The notes under the pieces: generated by a model
Database searches by the model: none
What the model was told of the DNA's origin: nothing
The model's input: the letters and a program-made list of their open reading frames with translations, nothing else
Made by a program: the position numbers and the translations under genes
Assembly (NCBI GenBank): GCA_964035545.1
Contig: OZ037768.1
Coordinates: 8,588,741 to 8,652,740 of the forward strand
Length of the DNA: 64,000 bases
Direction of reading: 5' to 3'
Origin: Bugula neritina
Lineage: Eukaryota > Animalia > Bryozoa
Shown: positions 1-22,000 of the stretch, in pieces
Layout of the letters: every line of letters begins with the position of its first letter
Position numbering within the stretch: the stretch's first letter is position 1

Positions 1-440
1 TGGGTCTTTGTTATAGCACTTACTCATTGCTAGTTGATGGAAAACCAAATGGAATCTCAACACAACAGCTGATAGAAATGTGTTAGTGAAGGAGTTGGAG
101 ATAATTTTAAACAATCTGTGGGCAGAAATTTGTAGTGTTCAACAATTTAGCAAGCAAGCATACACCATTTGTAATGGAGGGGTAGGTAGTGTTTGAAGGT
201 TGTAGATTTCAGCAATAGCTTATGTTCAATTATAAAAGAGGTTTTAACATGCAAGGGCATTTTTGCAGGGTATTTTTTGCATAACATAAAAATTATTTAT
301 ATTATAGAAAAATGGCTGTTAGAGTTGGAAGATACAGTTAAACTGTAATAGGAGTGAATTCAGCTGCAGTAGCGCAGTTTGAAAGTTTAAACAATAACCT
401 AAATTGTGTGATGGTCGTAGGACGTGGATGACATAATTAA
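1..440 (-). mobile_element. Possible highly decayed LINE ORF2 remnant
   Basis: Strand-skewed composition and faint peptides (YDHHTI, RLFKIISNS) resembling the post-endonuclease region of L2-like elements; no open frame. Confidence 0.25.
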
Positions 441-1221
441 TTGTAAAGCAATATTGTTAAAAATATAAACAGTCTAATAAATAACATTCCACTATCTAAT
501 TCTGGTGTGATAAAGTGCAAGTTTTAAATAACTAAACAAAATTTACAAAAACACACACCAGAAAAAATCTGTTAACACAAATGGAAAATGGGAAACTTTT
601 ATTAGCATTTATTTAATGAAACCCAAGTTCTAACAAATAATTGCTGCTGCTCTGTAAGAGCACTAGTCTGCTCCCAACCAACACTAGCATATGAGATCAA
701 GTAAATGCAATGAACTGAAATATTTTATTTCAATGAGTAAAATATATGCCACAGTTCAGTATTTCCCATTAGAATAATGTCTATAAATAATTAGCAATAG
801 TAAAAATTGAATAGATAATCTTAAATTTATTTCAATGATAATTTTAAAACTACCTAGTGCATAGATTTGTTTATTAGTTTGGAAAAAAAAGAAATTTGGA
901 TGAGCACGGCTATTCTGAGTTTCTCATGTGATCACATTTTAAAGCAAAATAAATTTTTCCTCTGAGCTGGTTCTTGACTCACTTGAGATATAACCAGGTC
1001 TGCTTAATAACATATTAAGTACTATAAACTTTTGACCTAAATTGTTACAGCTTTTAATTTATGTTTAGGAAGCAGGGTTTTGTTGTGTAAATAAACGAAA
1101 ATTAAAAATAACTTGGGAATTCCTCCTGTTTACAGTCTATTTCAAAACCTTCGTATCTTATCAATACAATTTACCCTAGACCTAGAGCTTTCATCGCGAA
1201 TCCATTATTACGCAAAACATA

Positions 1222-1232
1222 CGCGCATGCGT
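1222..1232 (+). promoter_or_regulatory. NRF1/Ewg-like site in the likely RSPRY1 promoter
   Basis: CGCGCATGCGT in a small CpG-containing patch, followed by a donor-like TG/GTAAGT at about 1331. A further likely UTR exon ends at 2586 (AAG/GTTAGT). The core GCGCATGCGT recurs on the minus strand at 60798-60807. Confidence 0.5.
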
Positions 1233-1389
1233 TTATTAACTAGGCCGGAAATCAAGGCTACAAACAAATCAAATTCTTTGGATTTCCAAGGATACATAAA
1301 TTTAATTTTTATGAACTCACATTTACTTTGGTAAGTATAAATAATAATGAGTTTGTTTAAACAAGGTTGCTAATACTTGACCCATTTTT

Positions 1390-2170
1390 TAGTATCATAC
1401 TTCATATTATTAATAATGACATTATATTCATTATGATTATAAATAAAATAAAAATGCAATTAATTATTAAATTAAAATTAAAAATAAATAAAATATAAAT
1501 ATTTAAATTAAAATTAATATTATATGATAATAATTATAATATTTGAATGATAGCAATAATATATTATTATTTATAATAACATAAATAAAAATGAAAATGT
1601 TTAACAGTTTGATTTTACTGTAATAAGTTTAATACTAATACTAATAGTAATAGTAATACTAATAACTAATAAGTAATAGTAATATAGATACTCACTACTC
1701 AGGCTATCACCATCACTATGAGTATGACTATCAGTATCAGCATAACTTATAAAACTAAAATAAACTGTATAATTATAATAATATTATTAATAAATTCAAA
1801 TTGCAAATTTAACCTTAGCAATATGAATATTAATTATGCATAGTTAATCAATGCTATCAATGTCTTAGTGCTGTTTAACACTAACTGTATTACTATTATT
1901 CATTTTGTTGTATAATCATATTGATATTCATATTGATCTTCATAGTGTTACTCATGCTGTTAGCAGTAGTAACAGCAACACTAATAGTATTTCAAACTGT
2001 CACTGCATCATTCTACGACTCAGATTATGTCTTTTTCAGTATGGGTGTCAAAATAGCTTTGAGTATCCTAATCCTAGTGGTACTGAATATCTGTTAGTCA
2101 TTAATGGTTAGTATAAGTATCATTATTCTGTATCTCTGAGAGTAAAACTAATAGTAATGCTAATACTAAT
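1390..2170. repeat. Low-complexity hexamer-periodic tract (ACTAAT/AGTAAT/ACTATG-like)
   Basis: For example aatactaatactaatagtaatagtaatact and cactatgagtatgactatcagtatcag; boundaries approximate. Confidence 0.8.
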
Positions 2171-2768
2171 ATTATATTTATTTTGCTTCATACAATTTTA
2201 TTGCATATTTGCTTTACCAAGTATCATAAGATGTATTTGTCTACTAAATTCTTCCACTGTTTAAAGTTTGAGTCAAAAGATAGTTAGGAGTTATTGTTTG
2301 AATTAATAACTAATATTTTGAAGTTGTAATATTCATGTTACTCAATAATAAAAAGCAATAGCTGTGAAGTTTGTAATCTACTCATTATTTAAGCATTTAT
2401 CATGCTTATAATGATGTTGGTGTTTGGTTACTATTATACAGTGTATATGTATACTTATTGTTTATAACTTTTAGCATGTTGATTTATTGATTAAAAAGTA
2501 TCTCTTAAACAGCTTCAAGATGTGTTTCCAACTATATAGCCAATAACAGAGAAAACCCAAGTCACTTGATAGCATTTTTTGTCAAGGTTAGTGATCTGTT
2601 TTATTTATTCGCACTTAATTGCATAAAACTTAGGTTTATATATGCATTGTCTTTTTCTTGAATTTATCCCCAGGCTTATACTTGTTTTGGTCATATCTAG
2701 TGCACTTTCAAAGTAAAATTACCATACTGTCTTCACCAACATTCGTGGCATCAGCAGAGTGTGACTGG

Positions 2769-3069
2769 CCCCTAGACACACTTTGCCGTATCGTAGGCTG
2801 TAACGTAAAATAGTAGCCATTTTTACAAATGTCTGAGCTTCCTGTACAGCGTTGCAGTATGTTAGGATCAAGCACTGCTTGATTCTAAAAAGTTGCGACA
2901 GGCTCCTATTGGACAGGAAGACGTTCGCATCAATTCATTGGATATAAATGTCCAATGAGGTGTCATAGATCGTACCCAATAGCGCACTTTGAGAACTTCA
3001 GCCCGGACACATTAAAAATGGCTGGTATTTTACGTTGCAGTGTACAGTGCGGCAAAGTGTGTCTAGGGG
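2769..3069. mobile_element. MITE / non-autonomous DNA transposon, about 300 bp
   Basis: Perfect 20-bp terminal inverted repeat CCCCTAGACACACTTTGCCG / CGGCAAAGTGTGTCTAGGGG, continuing imperfectly (aacgtaaaata..agccattttta vs taaaaatggct..tattttacgtt). No ORF and no clear target-site duplication. Confidence 0.85.
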
Positions 3070-3220
3070 GTTATTTAGAATTCCAAATAGTCTGATGTTC
3101 TAAGGCCGTTCATATTTGACCACTCGTAGAGCTGCCAACTATCTGCTATTTGTTTCCTGTGTTGCTGTTTATTTCAATCTTGACATAGTGTGTATTCCAT
3201 TTAGGAAACTGTCCTTTAAC

Positions 3221-14340
<11,120 letters not shown>

Positions 14341-15997
14341 TGTAATACATGTATATATTGTATATACTATATTTAAATTTGTGCATTCATTTTGGAGTAT
14401 AATTTAACCTCTGTGCTGCTACTTAGTTCCAGCCATGTATATTGCAAGTGCATATACCAGTGACATTCTCGAGTTTAACTACTGAATAGTTATTTTTTTA
14501 CAGTCAATTTACTGTGAGACAGTATCTAGTCTTTTAGTTCATCTATGAATAATAGCATATGATCGTTATGTAGTAAAGTTGGTCTCACCAAACTGTACTA
14601 CCGATTACACCATTCATTTTTTGTTGCCATCAGCAACTTGCTGATTTTCTGATTTGCTAATTTATTATGTTCTGTGCATTTTAGATTATGTAATAGATTA
14701 TATTTTAATAAAATGTTTATACTTTTTGTAACCATTTCTTTCACTTTAATAGATTTTTTAATTGAATTTGTTTTCTAGACTATAGATAGAATCTTTTTTG
14801 GATGAGTGGTTTTCCTACTCGGGTAAAAACACAGACAAAGTAAAAAATAAGCAATAATAAATAGCATTTTGACATTATTGCCATAGTATTGAGCTATGGG
14901 GGTTCTGTATGAGTAGTTTATAAACAAATTGTTTGCGCAACTGCAACTCATGTTACATAATAAATAAAACTATGCAAATGCTGGATGAAATGTTGCAACA
15001 GGACTGGCTAAAAGTATCAACTTTGCTGCACAATACAAGCTATAAAATTGCAAAAATTGATGTCTTATTTTGAAAGATGTTTAGACAGCTATATTAAAGC
15101 CTTGTTTTTAGAATAATGCTAATAAATTTTTCAAGCAAATTTGACAAAATTGTAATTAATAAAACATGAACTCCTTGGATTTATAGTTCAACTAGTTTAA
15201 TTGACCAGGAAAAGCAGATTTGCTTAAATTTCTTTAGAGTAAATTAGTGTTTTTGGTTAAATTTGACCTGGAATTGACTGAACAATTATAAATGCAATGA
15301 AGCTTTTACAATTAAATCATAACTTTAATTTGTTTTCATTTTAGTGCCAATATTCACCTCTCAAGCAACTCATTAAAAAGTTATAAGAAATAATTAGCAC
15401 TATTTGCTTTGGTTATTATTAGTCCTACTATATGTTTTAAACATATGTTTAAATGCTTATTTGCCTCATAATTACATTAATGTTTCATTGAGTATAAGTG
15501 TATAATAGAAATGGGTGCCTAGGAATAAATATTATCTAAATTTTAGTATTCAAAAGAAAGTGGTTAATTTGTTTACCATATAAGTTATCCTAAATTTGAA
15601 GTATATTACCAAAAGCCTCTAAAAATACATGTTACACAAAACTCAGAAATAAAATGCTCTTTTTCTCCAGCTGTTACTTTCAAGGCGAAAACAAAGTGAA
15701 CACTAACAGTATTTGGTTATAAGTTTTGGTGAAGTTTTTTAAACCTTATATGCCCAAATGATCCATAAATGGTCTTTATTTGGCACATCATTTATGATAC
15801 TAACTCTTTATATAAGTTTATTTAACTAAAAAATATATATTCTCCCTTGAGGTTCTTAATTTTAAAATATATTACCTATGTCTTATATACTATTACATGT
15901 TTCCATTGACCATTGTTGGGATTTTCTTGATGTTCATCCTTACGTTACCAAGAGTTGTGTTCTTTCTAACACCGGTAGCGAGGCTGTTATAACTTAG

Positions 15998-16094
15998 CCA
16001 ATAAGCTTATGGAAGACTAAGATGTCCTAAGATTATCCAATGAGAACAAGTTTTCCACAAGCACTATCATGGACATGGGAACTTAACATGGCGG
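15998..16094 (+). promoter_or_regulatory. Likely PPP4R1 promoter and first exon
   Basis: CCAAT boxes at 15998 and 16037; YY1-like AACATGGCGG overlapping the start codon, followed by donor GTGAGC at 16095. Confidence 0.55.
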
Positions 16095-19000
16095 GTGAGC
16101 AAAAGTTGAATATTACAATTCAAATTAGTGTCTTTGGGTTACAGACTGTTTATTTGTTTTGCTAATTTTTGAAAATTTAGCCTTTAGTTTTTAAAAAGAT
16201 TGCACAGAGTATTAATGTGGTGATGATCATCATCATGGTGATGGTCATTGTTATTGTGACCCAATCTCATCACTTTTATTTTTACTTTTAGTTTTAGTTT
16301 CACTTTCAGCTTCACGGAATGCGTGTGACAGTCACAGTGAGTGTGACACTCACACTGAGTCTGACACTGACAGTCACACTCTCGTTGAGTATCAGTATTA
16401 GTATCACTGTCTTTATGACTCACTTAGTCTTGACTTAGTCCCACTTTGACTTAGTATTGTTAATGCAATAATTGTTAGTAACTTTGTCTTTAACTAATAA
16501 CTTACACTTACTCTTAGTCTCACACTGACAGTTCAACTTGAAGTGAATATCTTAATTGTTCACTATCGATTATAACCAATAATTGCAATGATAATCTATG
16601 AATATGACTATCACTATGAGTATGAGTATAAGTATTACTATTAGTATAGTTATAAGTATAATATTAACTATTAAGTACAACTGCAACTGTGAGTATAACT
16701 CAAACTGCAACATATTTATATTTCAGCATTTGTCTTTGATAGTATTATTATTATTATTATTTTAAGACAAACTGATGCTCGGTCTTATCAGCACTAATTA
16801 TACCTACAGCTTTGGTAATATTTAGTTTTATATTTACTTGTAGTCTGATCATTGTGGTACTCATGCTTATACTACTTGTAATACTAACACTTGTAGTCAT
16901 TTATAATTTGCCTTTGAGGATATTCAATTTCATATTCATATTGCTAATGATACTGACAGTCATTTATAAACTTGAAGTAACTACTATCGGTATTAGTATT
17001 ACTATTGTTATTAGAGTATTACTATATCTTAATCACTAATGAGCAATGAGTAATCATAATTATCATGAGGCTATATATTAATTCCAAAATTTTCTTAGAA
17101 TTATTATGATTTATAATTAGGAATTATATTTAATTTCATAGCAGTTCAGTCCATAGGTTAAATCTTCCTAATAATTTATTCATGTATTTATTTATATTAT
17201 AATTAGTCTCAACATTGAGCTAAAAATAGATTTTATTTAGCTTGGAAGTTGAGCTTTCATCAATTTACTTTTAGTTTTAGTATATGTATTGCCATTACAT
17301 TTACATTTACTATTGCTAATTAAGTAATAATAATTATCATATTTAATAGTAATAATGACTGTTAATATACTGATTTTGTTGTAGCAATTTTTATGTTATA
17401 TTCCTAGGTACCATGATAATGACCACCATAGTATTTTACTATTAATATTAAAAGTCATGCTGGATATTAACAATTAGTAAAGTTCAGTTATATTCACTAT
17501 AGTTGTGAACATCTTCAAACCGAGTTTGAACTAGTTACTAGATCATCAATGCAAATCTAGATCTTAAATATACTATTCATAGCAACTATTTTATTATACG
17601 GATATTCAACTCATGCTCAATTTGATTTATTATGATTTTTCTCAAAATTTACCTGAAAATTTCATTTTAATTGTTTGTGATCACTCATTGGCAATCTAAG
17701 TTGATATTATACTCAGTTTCAGTATTGTAGAATATCTTAGACTTGATAGTGATAATAATAGTTGGTTTTACAATCACAGTACCAATGCAGTTTACTTCAG
17801 TTATTGTACATAAAAGTTCTAAAGTCTGGTGCTCATACTTTCTGGTGAAATGATCACAGTTGAACTACAAGGATACATTAATTACCAATTTCTATGTAGA
17901 CTCATTGATGGTGTTGGTCAGTGTTGACTGTCAATTTGTAGTAAATTGACTATGTTTTTTATCATCAATATTATTATCCTAATTGCGCAATGGCCACATT
18001 AAAAATAGTTGATCATGATTAGATAAATCAATATGTTGATGTTTTATTTACGACTTGGTTCTCCTTTTTTTTTGTATATTAAAAAGGCAATGTATAAAAA
18101 ATAAACATCTTGATTATTTACAATTAAATACTATCTTTTACTTGCGGTTATACTGAAATAAAACTGTATATGATTTGACTATATATAGAGCTAGGAATCT
18201 TCTGTTAAGTTAGTATTTTGTAAAAGAACTAAGAGAGTCTGTTGTTCACAGTAATTCTTTTGAGATTACTAAATGTCTGTAGCTGTTGTACATAGAGGTA
18301 ATGTGAAAGGGAAACTGCAAAGTTAATTTGGACAAACTTGTAAATACTGAAACAAACAAAAAATGTTTGAAAAGACAATAATTTTGAAAATAAAGATGCT
18401 ATCATATATGGTTATTTTTACTAATTTGCCTAATTAGCCTATATGATAGCTCAACTACAATGATTCTTAATGACCATTGTTAGCAGAGTAAATCACATAG
18501 TTTACACATATACCAGAAAACAGTTGCGCACTTTTTCTCAGTAGAAAGTCTAGTCATTTTAGCAAGTAGATAATAAACTGCTAACTTTTCTGTAATGTCA
18601 GCAGGTACACTCACACTTTTAGCCTCATCATAAATAACATTTCTCTGAGCAATTTCAATCAATCATAAATTTCAATGTAATCAAAATCATGAGCAGACAT
18701 TCCAAAAGTAATTTTTTAAAATCTTGTTTGCTTTAAAGAATTTGTTAAAAGCCTCTTTTTATTTTAGAAATACCATTTGCCGATTATGGAGATGATGACA
18801 GTGGGCTAAGTAAGTGTTGAAATTGTCTTTTCATAGTTGATTGTTTTGCTGGGTTTTATTGGAATATATATAAGGTAACGGCGTCATAGATTATCTAATT
18901 ACAGATAGTGATTATTTCAATGGAGCTGACGAGGAGTATGGATTTGAAGAAGTTGAAACTCAAGAAACTATCATTCCTATAGATAAATTAGAGCAATACG

Positions 19001-22000
19001 CTCTGAGTGATAACAGTTATACAAGGTAATTTTAATAGATAACTTTATTACATTTTCATGGAATTTTTATATTGTAATGTAATCTTAACTACGTCATTAG
19101 TACAACCCACTTTTTGTCATCTTAACCAAGTGATTATAGTGTGATTTTATTATTCTTGAAGGCAGTTGGTGGCCAGTGGGCTGTTGGAAGCTCTACGCAA
19201 TGCAAATGAAGCAAACGACCGTGCAATTGTTTTTGAAACTCTGTGCAAACTAACACAAGATGAAGGTAGGCCTGCACACCTTGTATCACCTTCTATCACC
19301 TTACAGATCTTGCAAAACATACTGCAAAATTTTTCTAAAAATTCCTATATATTAGTGTTTTGAATTAATTTTCATGGCATTACAGGCTCTATAAACCAGT
19401 CTATGTAACGTGAACTGTAAGTTTCCTTTACTGTGCGGTGTCAGCTTTATGCGATGAAGGCCCTCTTCAGTTGCAGAACTCATGTTGTAGAACCATCTGT
19501 GAGGGCTGAAATAGTGGACCACATTCCACACATCGCAGACCATTGCTATTCCCATTCTTCTGAAGTGCCTGGACTGACTGAAGCCCTCTCCTCTGCAATA
19601 TTGCCATCATTAGTCCACTGCTTGCAAGACAATGACAATCAGGTGAGGCCCTCCGCCCTATCTCATCCTCATTCCATTGCTCGGAGGCTAAGTTATATAC
19701 AAAGTTATCTTATAATCCTCTAGGAAAAGTAGGAGTGGTGGTAGCAATAATTTGCATCTTGGGCTGCTGTTATTCACACAAACTGCTGATAGGCGTATAT
19801 GTAACCATGTTGTGTGTAGTTACTTGATATAGTTCAGCTTCACTCTTGGGTTAGTTTAATATATATGCTAGATAGAGTACATGCTAGTCCAAGTAAGAAA
19901 CACTAGTTTTATTCTTTCAACGAGTTGACTTTTTTGAAAATAATTTGTTGAGTATTAATATTGTATTGGTTTGGGCTAGTTATACGCATAAAATCTTAGG
20001 AATACTCTCTTAAGACCAGTTTATTTGGTTTTAGTTAACTCCATCACTTGATTTTAGATTCAGGGTTTACTCACTATTTGCACTTTCCTTTATCACAGAA
20101 AAATGTCAGTTATTTAGTTATAAGTCACTGGGAGTGAGTAGTTTGTTGTATCTCTTTAGGTACGAAAGACTGCGCAGTCAGCTCTAGTAATCTTACTGGA
20201 AAACCGAATGATAGATCAAGGTACGTCTTAGCACCAAACTCTCGACTGGAAGTCTCCTAATGCTGATAACCTGGTTTATAACTACTGGCTGTTTACTTAC
20301 TGTTATAATATTGCCAAGTCATTCTAAGAACTATTTTTTGCTTAGTAAGTTTTTGCACGGGTCTGTCAGTCGCTGTAATTGTCTGTAAATCAGCGAATGA
20401 GAGCATATTTAGAGTTACTTGAGCTCTTTGGCTTGAGTTTACATGCCTTTTAAATATGTTTCTCCTATTGGGAACCTGTCGGCTAATGGCTATAGTACTC
20501 TGTTTTGTGCTGATGAGGGGAGAAACCCTGAAACAGGTGCTGTACGCTGATTGAATTGTATATATAATATATATCATAGCTGTTGTGGTGAGGTGTTAAA
20601 CTGAGCATTTAGTTATTAGCATCAGGCATTGACAAGAATAATAGCATCACATGGCTGGTTGTAGATTGTCTTATCTTGAGCAATATTTGTACTATCATTG
20701 TGTTATGTTTTACGTAAGCCTGCTGATAAGCACCAGGGTGATACACTCACTATTAGTTGGCACACACCATGTCTATTCACAATGTTTCATTTATAAATCA
20801 GTCTAAGAATCATTAGTCAAATGTACATATACACAGACTAATAACAATCTCCTGTTATAATGAAACAGCTCAGTTATCCCATTGGGTTGTCTTTTCTTTT
20901 TAATTATTCATAATGATCAACTTCTATCTGATGAATTAAGAATTATGGAACACAAGCTACAAGTAAGATATTCAAGGAAATAAATTGAACTCTGTAACGT
21001 ATCTATGTTATGTATGAGTCATTTAAAAATTTAAAGATGGTAAAAATTTCAGAGAGAAGTGAGTGATGTAAAAAATATTCCCAATGTAACTTGTATAATA
21101 TTTTATATTTCTTTATGGGTTAGGTTGACTCTAAATGACATGAACAATTTCAAACTCCAATTTTATAGTTTATTATAAAGGGCAAGTTTATAGCTCATTT
21201 AAATCCATTTGACCAAAATTTGCCCCAAGGAAAGATTTAGTGTCCAAATAGTGTTCTGTCTTCCCACTAATTGTTATTCAAATTTTAGTTCTGTTCCTTT
21301 TCATCAGAAATTGTGTTATCAAATTTGATTGATGCCAGAATAATGATGGTAGTGTTTAGTAGCGAGTGTAGCAAGCAGAGCCAAGCTATGCATTTGAACT
21401 AATAGTACGTGAGCTAAACAGCTAAACACAAGCCTCTTTGTTGGGAGATTTTCAGCCAACACTGGTGTGACAAACATTAATAGCTTTAGATTTTAAAACA
21501 AGTTTGGAAGGGGTGGCTAATATCGCCCATCAATCTTCACAAAGTTATTTGCTCCAAACTAGTCAAATCCGGTTGTGAAACCATAATAAGGTCATGAACC
21601 TTTGTTGTTAGTAGCAAGCCATTCGAGCTTCTCCTAACTCGGCTTAGTGACTGACTAATAGTGACTTTGAATTTTGCAGACAAATTCTCATCACCTATTT
21701 TTGGCTTCCAGTGAGTTTTAAGCTATTAACTTATTTGTAGGAATTTGTAATTACATTTGTGTATGATAGTTGGTGAATCAATAAGTGAAATAGATAAATA
21801 TTTTGAATTTAAAGTGTGTAATATATCAATCATGTGTGCCAGTTTATAATATTAAAAGTTGTTAAACTCACATTTGTTTCAAGTCTTGATCTATGTGATA
21901 GTCTCTGAGGGCAAGGTTTCTTTTTGGGTAGGGGAGGGAGGGGGCTAAGGACTGTGTTACTGTCGTGACTGTAACTTGTTTGGAAGGGTTATAGTTATAC

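Noticed and set aside
16184-17039. ORFs with C-x-C/His-rich or TM-like translations (also 1905-2111, 46045-46230, 59346-59654)
   Set aside because: They are translations of the hexamer-periodic low-complexity tracts.
20068-20141. TATCACAG and a miR-92-like string within a TACTCAC/GTGAGTA foldback
   Set aside because: Only 8 nt match miR-2, in the loop rather than an arm, and the miR-92-like seed is interrupted.
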